Shown here piece after piece: positions 53,801 through 60,854 of a stretch of DNA of 64,000 bases. Positions within the stretch are counted from its first letter, which is position 1; each line of letters starts with the position of its first letter. Where the stretch lies: sequence record PP496438.1. One strand, 5' to 3'. The translations under genes and the position numbers were made by a program. The notes under the pieces are model-generated. The model saw only the letters and a list, made by a program, of their open reading frames with translations, was not told the origin of the DNA and ran no database searches.

Positions 53801-56660
53801 AATACTGACCGAGGGTGTACAGGCAGTCCAGCACGTTCATCAGCGTCTTACCGCCGCCCGCATCCACGTGGTCAACCTTCTTGTCCGGCTGACGCTGACC
53901 CGACACGATAGCTCGGATCTGGTGAGCCAGTGCGGAGAAGTCTGGGCGAATGAATGGCACGGGAGCCACTTCCGTCTCGTCGTTGACCTTGACCGGGTTC
54001 AGCGAGTACTTCGCCTGCTTGGCCGCTACTTGAGACTTCAGTTCATCCTTGGCCGACTGCTCTGCGTACTTCGCCATGGCAAAGATCGAAGCCACACCCT
54101 GCATACGACTGGTGACCGAAAGCACATTGCTGGTGCCGATGGCCTTCGGATCGCTGAGTACCTTGAACAGCGAGTCCGCACCGTCTTGCATGGCTTCGAC
54201 CGCGATACGGCCAATGCCTCGAAGCATAGGGATGTCGGAGTCCGCAGTCAGGTGACTGATACGCAGGTCCTTGTAGACCTCTTCGAACGGGTAATCGTTC
54301 GTCGCGATGTCTCGGTCAACCAGACGCTTCGCCAACGACTGAATCGATGCCAGAACTTCGTGGATAGTCGGGTTGCCGCCCACCGGGAACAGGAAGTCTT
54401 TAACGCTCTCCCCCAGCACGTCAGTTACGGCCCCCGGTACTTCGAAGTCTCCATCCTCGAAGTAGTCGGTAACCTTCTTGCCCTTGTAGTTCAACCACGC
54501 CGTCAGCGAGTTACGCAGATAACCGAACGACAGAGCCTTGGGGTTTACTTTTTCTTCCATCGACTTCTGGTATTCCATGACACTGGCCGGTGAGTAGGCC
54601 GAGACGTCAGCGGTAACCAGTCCACCAGATGCGGTGGTGTAGCTGAGGATGTCTGCGCCCCAGTCGGTGAAGATGTAGTAGGAACGGAGACGGCCTTGAG
54701 CGAACTGCTTGATAACCAGATTATCCGTCTTGGCGTTTTCCGGGATCATGTACTGGTTCTGGATACTGATCTCAGGAGTTTCCTGACCCTCTACGTCTTT
54801 GAACTTCGCTTTGACGTTACCCATACCCACGTCTTGGCGCGTGTACTCGTTGTCTGCGAAGGCGCCGCGATACGAGTCCTCGATGGCCTTCTCGTACTGC
54901 GTAACGATCTGTGGGTCAGCGGTGGGCACGAACACCAGGTCAGCATCGGGGCCGACCATCATCTGGTCACCGTTCAAACGCGAACGCTGCGGCATTGCGC
55001 GGGTATCTGCGATTGCCTTGCCCACGGCACGATAGAACGATGCATCTGTCTTGGCGAACGAGTACTGCGCGTCAGTCATCTGATACGCCCACTCGGCCAC
55101 GTCAACCGGAGCGGGTGGAGAATGCTGAGTCACGAACGCGGCTACGTCTTCCGAAATGGTGAACTCGGAGAAAGCAACAACCTCGGCATCACCCGCTTCA
55201 CCGATGTTAGACAGACGGCACATGAACGAGCGGGACTTCAGACGCGCCATTGCATCTTTGTAATCTGCCTTGTCCACCACATCAGTCTGCAGGGACGGTG
55301 GCACCGGCATCTTGTTGGACGTCAACCAGCCGTTGAGGCGGGTCATCGGCGTGTTTTCCAGAAGCCAGTTGATGAAGTCAACCGGAGCCGTTGGCATGGT
55401 TGGTTCTTCCGGCGCACCCGCAGTCAGGTTGCCGTCCAGCCCACGGTATGCGTGGTTCCAGTTCTTGAGCAGGCGCTCCAGAATCTTGCCGCCCACCTCG
55501 TCCTTCACTCGCTGGAAGGATGGCTTGTCTTCTTTCGAATAGGCGAAGATGATCTTGGCGACCATACTGTCGTTGACATCAGACCAGTTGTTGTCGTAGT
55601 CCAGATCGTCGATGCGATACTTGCGAAGAACATCCAGCTCTTGCTGATTGGCAAAGCTGCAATACATCACGCTCTCGCCGAGGGTACGGCGCACGTACGG
55701 CATCTTGCCAGCGGTGCCAGTGCCGTTGATGAAGCTAACCTCATTGATGCTTTGTACGCCTGCTTCACCACGGGGTGGGGATACTTCGATCAGCAGGTTG
55801 AGCCCACCGACAAGTTCCTTCAACCCATCTTTCTCGAAGGCGAAGTCGTTCTCGCCCATCAAGATTTCCTTGTCGATGAACGGACTGTTCAACGCAGATT
55901 TGAAGTTGACAGGGATGCGCAACCTCATCTGGCGGGTCATGTCGTCCAGTGCCAGCGGATCTTCCATGAACTTGCCCAGTGCAGTCTTGAGCAGTTCCAA
56001 CTGGCTGGTCATCAAGGCGTCAACCTTGGTTTGCATCCGGCTACGCTCTTCCGGCGGCAGATACACCATGGCATTTTGCAGGATCTTCACGCGGGGAACA
56101 ATGTAGGCCATGTCGATCCTGCTCTCGACGCAAATACCGATTGCGTCGAGCATCTCAGGGACCGAGAAGCCGGGAATGCGGGATTCTTTGACGTTGCTGC
56201 CCATGGCCGGGATAGCCAGCGTGAAGTCACCTCGACCATTCGCTGTAACCTTGGTATACGGCGCCAGCGTACGCATGCCTTCCGACATCTCGTCCCATTT
56301 CTCAGCCTTGATCGTAGCACGGTTGGCACGGAAGGTAGCTGGTGGGGTCACACTGTAGTCTTTGAACTCCAGGCTTTCCTTCATGTCCTGCAACAGACGC
56401 TTGCCGTTGTCGAACAGCTTCGGCAGCTCGGTCTCGAACAAGTTCGGTACCTTGAACAGCGAGTCCATCAGCGATGCGCCACCTACGGAGAGGACGGCAT
56501 ACGCCATGCTATGCAGGTCACCCAGCTTGTAGTCGAACGTGGACTCGTAGTCTTCCGGTTCTTCAATCGGCTCGGCCAATGGTGCCGCCAGCGAGCGTAA
56601 GCGTTCCATCTCTTCCGGGGCACGACTACGCCGTCTTGATTTCTTGCTCATGGGTTGCAC
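50898..56660 (-). CDS. Very large SNF2-family SF2 helicase/translocase (1920 aa), probably virion-associated
   Basis: DAGGGKT (I), MDESQ (II), TTGTYVHGQL (III), KVLIFC (IV), LNTGHNF (V), WSP..FEQGQSRLNR (VI); about 900-aa unassigned N-terminus. Confidence 0.8.
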   Translation of the reverse strand: MQPMSKKSRRRSRAPEEMERLRSLAAPLAEPIEEPEDYESTFDYKLGDLHSMAYAVLSVGGASLMDSLFKVPNLFETELPKLFDNGKRLLQDMKESLEFKDYSVTPPATFRANRATIKAEKWDEMSEGMRTLAPYTKVTANGRGDFTLAIPAMGSNVKESRIPGFSVPEMLDAIGICVESRIDMAYIVPRVKILQNAMVYLPPEERSRMQTKVDALMTSQLELLKTALGKFMEDPLALDDMTRQMRLRIPVNFKSALNSPFIDKEILMGENDFAFEKDGLKELVGGLNLLIEVSPPRGEAGVQSINEVSFINGTGTAGKMPYVRRTLGESVMYCSFANQQELDVLRKYRIDDLDYDNNWSDVNDSMVAKIIFAYSKEDKPSFQRVKDEVGGKILERLLKNWNHAYRGLDGNLTAGAPEEPTMPTAPVDFINWLLENTPMTRLNGWLTSNKMPVPPSLQTDVVDKADYKDAMARLKSRSFMCRLSNIGEAGDAEVVAFSEFTISEDVAAFVTQHSPPAPVDVAEWAYQMTDAQYSFAKTDASFYRAVGKAIADTRAMPQRSRLNGDQMMVGPDADLVFVPTADPQIVTQYEKAIEDSYRGAFADNEYTRQDVGMGNVKAKFKDVEGQETPEISIQNQYMIPENAKTDNLVIKQFAQGRLRSYYIFTDWGADILSYTTASGGLVTADVSAYSPASVMEYQKSMEEKVNPKALSFGYLRNSLTAWLNYKGKKVTDYFEDGDFEVPGAVTDVLGESVKDFLFPVGGNPTIHEVLASIQSLAKRLVDRDIATNDYPFEEVYKDLRISHLTADSDIPMLRGIGRIAVEAMQDGADSLFKVLSDPKAIGTSNVLSVTSRMQGVASIFAMAKYAEQSAKDELKSQVAAKQAKYSLNPVKVNDETEVAPVPFIRPDFSALAHQIRAIVSGQRQPDKKVDHVDAGGGKTLMNVLDCLYTLGQYYERGDLKGNQQKRPLMMCPKNLIKNYIEDITYLTQGAVNVVVLSTDVINRYGHDYMYNLIYNAPINTLVLCDFDFPKNGQYSIQYGNTDLILSNNSELMRRFEWIYLSMDESQYLANLDSARSASVRAQATLSDNLRQTTGTYVHGQLTDAAGQFSIMSPSTFGSKKDFIERYAAETFQGKPLSWKNNAERDVRNQMNSAADYVRVSRREWAALLPAATETFHKVSLSKKQMAVYQDILNDAVEAIMADADLMKKLKASDEGEENVANIEMLLRPYLQRLEMFISAPAHDKVGDKVLQGSDRISPKAKEIIRLFDEHSKDKTNGKVLIFCAYVASAQALHASLPPDLQKKVILYYAADKDKLLPKFEKDDGIIGLIGVETSLNTGHNFQFVNRLISTDSVWSPGEFEQGQSRLNRPDPKNKYGKRNKIFFDRIIADGTIDVTKTARMMSKLLTMVRFQASDARYDKLPNLPLVSMTLDSIMDANKFGSEDDQGSLFAYVDAYGQYTKIRRDEYADFLKTYDGPTKAKEIPTAGNLPGSALITVPYTSNQQLPFTDALGIIPVADWLADNDLTADDADMKGLQVHTEYGDGEVISSGKNTLKVKIKEIGTVSVNKLAVFVILKPNKVPVRQRLAEMVGMPERATQYSTPESDPVVEEPEEDDDTEEPEEQTAPEPEVPVKKAVVERNRDLDGEIYVYPGVLNNMIQLALDREDPDVTDKMATQLGFRETGKFIYAIVPTYRALSSVIDKLKENFEVQPRYLKDLESALAAFTQGKRRLLNFEAALDTDVRNFHLDRKRAVPKGELRPYVMFYEGECWILVDMTKQPSAVQVRRKVIVPTVKWESSDSEWFILSNSKAEAKAELDAIVRSGVSIANYDEVMETIKSLTLRTKKRTPAAKVNTEVTGKTIRRFQTKSGTRFIALVKTKDGYVLETQDGNTDLGKVSEAAAGRALAKAVKAETKWKLREVA

Positions 56661-56661
56661 C

Positions 56662-57135
56662 TTACTTGACTAAGCCGTTGTTGTTGACCAGTAGATCCCA
56701 GTACGGAATCGGCGGGGTGAGCTTGCGGCGCTGGAAGAAAACCAGAATGGTCTTGGCCACCTTGATACGATCATACGCACGCAAACCTTCGATCAGCGTG
56801 GGACCGTACAGCGTCTCCGCCAGATTGCTTGCTTCTCGATCCGTGTAGCCATCGAGGTTGGTGTTGATGACCGTACACAGACGATCGATCGGCATGTCCA
56901 AGCCTTTTTCGTACAGCTGGACGTGCATCTCGTTGATCTGCCCACGAAGACGGCGCAGCGTGTTGTACAACTGCGTGATCTGCTGGGCGTTGAGCTGGGG
57001 CACTTCCATGGTGCCTGAGTCATCGGCGCCGGGGACAGGAGCCACCAGACTCTCAGCGATGGTCACATCCTTGATCAGCCTGTCGTACTGGTCAAGCATG
57101 GTGACGCTGATACTCTTGATGCCTTTACTTTTCAT
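56662..57135 (-). CDS. Hypothetical protein (157 aa)
   Basis: SD AGGAG; abuts the SNF2 start. Confidence 0.65.
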   Translation of the reverse strand: MKSKGIKSISVTMLDQYDRLIKDVTIAESLVAPVPGADDSGTMEVPQLNAQQITQLYNTLRRLRGQINEMHVQLYEKGLDMPIDRLCTVINTNLDGYTDREASNLAETLYGPTLIEGLRAYDRIKVAKTILVFFQRRKLTPPIPYWDLLVNNNGLVK

Positions 57136-57182
57136 ACTAGTGCTGCTCCTACTCTCGAATTGGCATGTGTCAATACGGCTAT

Positions 57183-57593
57183 TTACCGTTTGTTTTGCCG
57201 TGCGATCTTCTTCCGCTGCTCATCTTTATATAGGTGACCATGCAGGAAATTCTTGGAATGACACGCGGGACATAACGGGATCAGGTTGGACTTGCTGTCG
57301 GTGCCCCCACGGGATGCCTGCTTGATATGGTGCAGCGCGAGCCGCCCACCGTCAGGGATCTTGCTCTGGTGAATACCACAGCGACCGCAGCAGTTGTTGA
57401 AGACCGCTTTGACTTCCTTCTTACGGTCCTTCCACTCGTCCGTCTTGAGCCCACCCAAGTACGTTGCCTTCTTGGATCGCTTGACGATACCGGTCTTGCT
57501 GATACCCGAACCAGTCGATGGGCGTGCTATCTTGATGCCCGGTTTGCCCGGCTTACGGGGGCCATTGATCCGGGCACGGGGCGGCGTTTTCAT
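57183..57593 (-). CDS. HNH endonuclease with basic N-terminus
   Basis: CGRC...LALHHIKQASRGG....NLIPLCPACH. Confidence 0.85.
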   Translation of the reverse strand: MKTPPRARINGPRKPGKPGIKIARPSTGSGISKTGIVKRSKKATYLGGLKTDEWKDRKKEVKAVFNNCCGRCGIHQSKIPDGGRLALHHIKQASRGGTDSKSNLIPLCPACHSKNFLHGHLYKDEQRKKIARQNKR

Positions 57594-57596
57594 AGC

Positions 57597-58346
57597 TTAC
57601 TCCAGAAACGATTTCAAGTCAACGTTGATCTTCCCGTACATTTCCTCGGTCTTTTTGCCCATGTCGCGGAAACATTGCAGCACGGCGTCTTCAACCTTGG
57701 CCCAGCGCTTGTCCTTGATATGCGGTGCCAGTGCAGTCTTCAGCATGTTGGCCTGACTCACGTACATGTGCGCGAAGCCAATGAAGATAGGGTACATAAC
57801 CTTCTCGCTGATGTTGGCCGCGAGATTGCTTTGCTCCTGATTCGCCTGCATGTCGTTGATCAGTTCTCGGATCGAGTTGATCATAGCATTCAGAGAGTAG
57901 ACAGCGGACTGTGAGCCTTCCGTGTTCCTCACTCGGAGTTCGAGAATGGGCACCATGTCAATCAAAGTGATCAACATGCGTACCTGGAACATGGAAAAAC
58001 CCCGATCTTTTTCCTCAGCGGACGAGATCAGGGACATAATCTTATTTGAGTCAGTGCCGAAGATCGACTCCAGCATATCCGGGTCAACTTCCAGCTCACC
58101 ACCTTCCGCCATGGAAGTTTTCATCTTAACCAAGTAGTCCCGCAGTTCATCCGGGTTCTTACTGGACACGGCGTCAACCCCGGTGAATCCGCAAGAGTCA
58201 CACACGGGATCATCGTTGAGTATCTCGGAGGACAACTCATCTGGTGCACGGCATTTGGTACACCGGCACTTGTATGTATCTTTGGTCAAAGTCTTCACGA
58301 CACGGAACGCGCCGTAGGTGGCCTTCACCTTGATTGGATCAGCCAT
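57597..58346 (-). CDS. Hypothetical protein with N-terminal zinc ribbon and helical C-terminus
   Basis: CTKC...CDSC; a packaging role is possible but unsupported. Confidence 0.6.
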   Translation of the reverse strand: MADPIKVKATYGAFRVVKTLTKDTYKCRCTKCRAPDELSSEILNDDPVCDSCGFTGVDAVSSKNPDELRDYLVKMKTSMAEGGELEVDPDMLESIFGTDSNKIMSLISSAEEKDRGFSMFQVRMLITLIDMVPILELRVRNTEGSQSAVYSLNAMINSIRELINDMQANQEQSNLAANISEKVMYPIFIGFAHMYVSQANMLKTALAPHIKDKRWAKVEDAVLQCFRDMGKKTEEMYGKINVDLKSFLE

Positions 58347-58746
58347 GATTGAGCACCTCTAATACATTCACGGTAGACAGGAAGTGTTTGGTCGGCGGGT
58401 TGGTCTGGAACAAGCGAAGCATCTGTGGTTGGATCCACAGGAACCTGTCATGTTCGTCGTTCAAAGTGATGGGTGGCACATGAGTCAGATTGATCAGGAC
58501 GTACACCCGGTCGGCATCCAGCTTATCCGCCTTGATGCGTTTCCACGGCTCGCTCTTGATTGTGTGCCAGCCCAACTCCTCTGCCAGTTCCCTGCGCAAT
58601 GCGACCGCTGCCTTCTCCCCCGAGTCTAACCGACCACCGGGGAGATTCCACGTTCCTGCGTTATTCACCTTAGCGCTGCGGCGTGCCAGTAGCACATCGC
58701 CTGTTGCAGTGTTTCGAATGATGGCGTACACGCCGCGCTTTTCCAT
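58339..58746 (-). CDS. NUDIX hydrolase
   Basis: WNLPGGRLDSGEKAAVALRRELAEELG Nudix box. Confidence 0.9.
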   Translation of the reverse strand: MEKRGVYAIIRNTATGDVLLARRSAKVNNAGTWNLPGGRLDSGEKAAVALRRELAEELGWHTIKSEPWKRIKADKLDADRVYVLINLTHVPPITLNDEHDRFLWIQPQMLRLFQTNPPTKHFLSTVNVLEVLNHG

Positions 58747-58752
58747 ACCTAC

Positions 58753-59901
58753 TTATCCTTGACGTGAAGCCCATGCTTCCAGAATCTTTTCCGCTTGCTC
58801 CGCTACATCACCTGCAAACTTCGGATTGGGTTTCTGTTGCTTCGAGCTCTTGACAGCCCACTGACCAATCTGAATCGTCGGACACGCTGGAACACCGGTC
58901 TCTTGGGTGGAGGCCATGAGTTGTGCAAACTCGACTGTCCCATTTACTGCTTTGTTCAAGACGTCACGTGCGAAGCTGTTCAGACGCTCCGCTGAAGCAG
59001 TGCCGGCCTTGAACGCCATGGTGACGATGAACGACGTAGTGCTCTTGTCCACCGCGATGACAAGCGGCAGGGTATCCGTGATACTACCCGAGGCGCTGGA
59101 AGCCGTAATGCGCTGCACGTCACCGCTGGCCAGACCCTTGAGTGCGTCCAGCTCTTTCTTGCCGAGCGAAGTCATGGCCGCTTTTATCTTGTCAAGGCTG
59201 GTGTAGTCTTCGATGCGGAACGTGGACTTGTCTTTCAGCAGGGTGAACTCCTTGCGGAATCCGGTCTTGGAGCCGATGTAGATGGCGAACGTGTCGTCTT
59301 CGTACGAACGGTACACCGCGTAGTTCTTGTCGCCGGGGTCTGCGAAGAAGAACTGGTGAATGACACCCCGCGCCGAGTCCAGCGTGCCCTTGGCGACTTC
59401 CTTGAACTGCAACGTCTTGACCAGTTCGGAGAACGCCTTGCGCAGCTTGCCGTACGTACTGTCTTCATCGCCGTACAGAATGAACACGTCTTTGCCGTTG
59501 GGGCTGGCCTTCACCTTGTCCAATCCGAGCGATTCGGTGAGCTGATCCACGTATCGTCTGACCACGGTGCTGCGGCCAGTGTCCGGGTTGAGCTTCTCGA
59601 AGTCCTCCGGAACTACCCACTTGGAGAGCTGGCTGGCCGGGATCGGTTTGGTACGGGCGGTGAGGATGGCAGCGCGGCCGATGATGCCAGACATATTCAT
59701 CATGGCGTAGTACATTGCCACGTCATCATCGTCGAACAGCACCTTGATGCTGTCTTTGCCCCGGTACTTGGAAAACTCTGTGATCACCACAGTGTAGTAA
59801 TACGGGTCGCTCTTATCACCGTAGTTGACGATGATGCGGTCATTGATCTTTACGGGTGGGAGAACCGCAGCCACCACGATTTCTGCATGTACTAGGGGCA
59901 T
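58753..59901 (-). CDS. Hypothetical protein with N-terminal SH3/Tudor-like domain (paralog of 41069..41890)
   Basis: NDRIIVNYGD..DPYYY...IKVLFDDDD...RTKPIPASQLSKWV. Confidence 0.65.
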   Translation of the reverse strand: MPLVHAEIVVAAVLPPVKINDRIIVNYGDKSDPYYYTVVITEFSKYRGKDSIKVLFDDDDVAMYYAMMNMSGIIGRAAILTARTKPIPASQLSKWVVPEDFEKLNPDTGRSTVVRRYVDQLTESLGLDKVKASPNGKDVFILYGDEDSTYGKLRKAFSELVKTLQFKEVAKGTLDSARGVIHQFFFADPGDKNYAVYRSYEDDTFAIYIGSKTGFRKEFTLLKDKSTFRIEDYTSLDKIKAAMTSLGKKELDALKGLASGDVQRITASSASGSITDTLPLVIAVDKSTTSFIVTMAFKAGTASAERLNSFARDVLNKAVNGTVEFAQLMASTQETGVPACPTIQIGQWAVKSSKQQKPNPKFAGDVAEQAEKILEAWASRQG

Positions 59902-59939
59902 GATTTATTACCTTGAGTTGCGTGTCCACATGCGTTAAA

Positions 59940-60488
59940 TTAGACAGGCTGGAAAGTGAAGGCCGTGTGGCGGGTTACTTCAGAGCCACTGGCATTGATG
60001 GCGTCATCGATGAATGACAAGACCTCCCAGTCACGGTCTTCCGCGTACCGGGTTAGCGTGATTCGGGCCAGGTCGGGGAGGGACACCGGTGGACATTCAA
60101 CCTCACGCAGTGGATCCGTTTGGGACACTGCACCCTGTAGCTCGTCAACCACCATCACGACGCCTGTGATGTTACCGCTGGCGTGCATGTTCAGCAGGAT
60201 GTCTACTAAGGTGCCTATGACGCGTGCCTGATCATCTCGGTCTGCCATCAAGGCCATTACCACATTGCCGTGGGTTTCAGGGATCGACAGGTTCCACACG
60301 GTGTCCAGCGGGTATGCCGGGGTAGGATCGATCAGCAGGTCAGCGTCCACTCGATCTAGATCTATGCGAAACTGCGGCATGTTAGGCAGCGCTACCGTGG
60401 CCTGCATTTTGTTGGGCGCCTGCAGTGACCAGCTCCACTGCAAGGGCTCGAAATAGGACAACACAACCTGTTTGGCTTGTTTAATCAT
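59940..60488 (-). CDS. Hypothetical protein (182 aa)
   Basis: SD GAGGTG; no motif recognised. Confidence 0.65.
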   Translation of the reverse strand: MIKQAKQVVLSYFEPLQWSWSLQAPNKMQATVALPNMPQFRIDLDRVDADLLIDPTPAYPLDTVWNLSIPETHGNVVMALMADRDDQARVIGTLVDILLNMHASGNITGVVMVVDELQGAVSQTDPLREVECPPVSLPDLARITLTRYAEDRDWEVLSFIDDAINASGSEVTRHTAFTFQPV

Positions 60489-60510
60489 TGGAATGTCACC
60501 TCACACATAC

Positions 60511-60542
60511 AAAAATGGGGGATGAACGTGTCATCCCCCATT
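60511..60542 (-). terminator. Intrinsic terminator
   Basis: 12-bp stem AATGGGGGATGA/TCATCCCCCATT with UUUUU on the - strand. Confidence 0.75.
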
Positions 60543-60565
60543 GGGTGCTTCGTCTGCGCTACCGA

Positions 60566-60838
60566 TTAACGGTCGCCCAGTTTGATCTTGACTGGAGCAC
60601 CAACCTTGCTACGTTTGCGAGTGACACGCAGGTCACCTTTGGCTTTCCGCGAACGGCGAACCTTGGCCCGTTTCAGGATCTCGGACTTGTTTTTGCGGTA
60701 GTACTGCTTGCTCGCCAGCTTGCGGGCTGCACGATTCTTGCGAGCTTCCACCAGCGCCTTTTTGCGCTCAGCGGCAGTACGGGGTTTGGTGCGACGGGTC
60801 AGGCCATTGCCTTTCAGCTTCAACCGTTTCATAGCCAT
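60566..60838 (-). CDS. Very basic small protein (protamine/core-protein-like DNA binder)
   Basis: 90 aa, roughly 40% Lys+Arg, with few acidic residues. Confidence 0.6.
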   Translation of the reverse strand: MAMKRLKLKGNGLTRRTKPRTAAERKKALVEARKNRAARKLASKQYYRKNKSEILKRAKVRRSRKAKGDLRVTRKRSKVGAPVKIKLGDR

Positions 60839-60854
60839 GGTGGTATCTCTCCAG

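Noticed and set aside
54696-56600. Long + strand ORFs antisense to real genes (634 aa here; also 13152..14291, 14829..15740, 33320..34705, 48088..49131 and others)
   Set aside because: Shadow frames produced by codon bias of the - strand genes; no motifs, atypical composition (e.g. poly-Ser opposite poly-Glu).
50898-56660. Intein or intron as the cause of the SNF2 protein's size
   Set aside because: Helicase motifs are normally spaced; no C/S…HN splice junctions or LAGLIDADG blocks seen.
57597-58346. Terminase small subunit call for the Zn-ribbon/helical protein next to the HNH
   Set aside because: No large terminase or portal in the window and no diagnostic motif; left as hypothetical.
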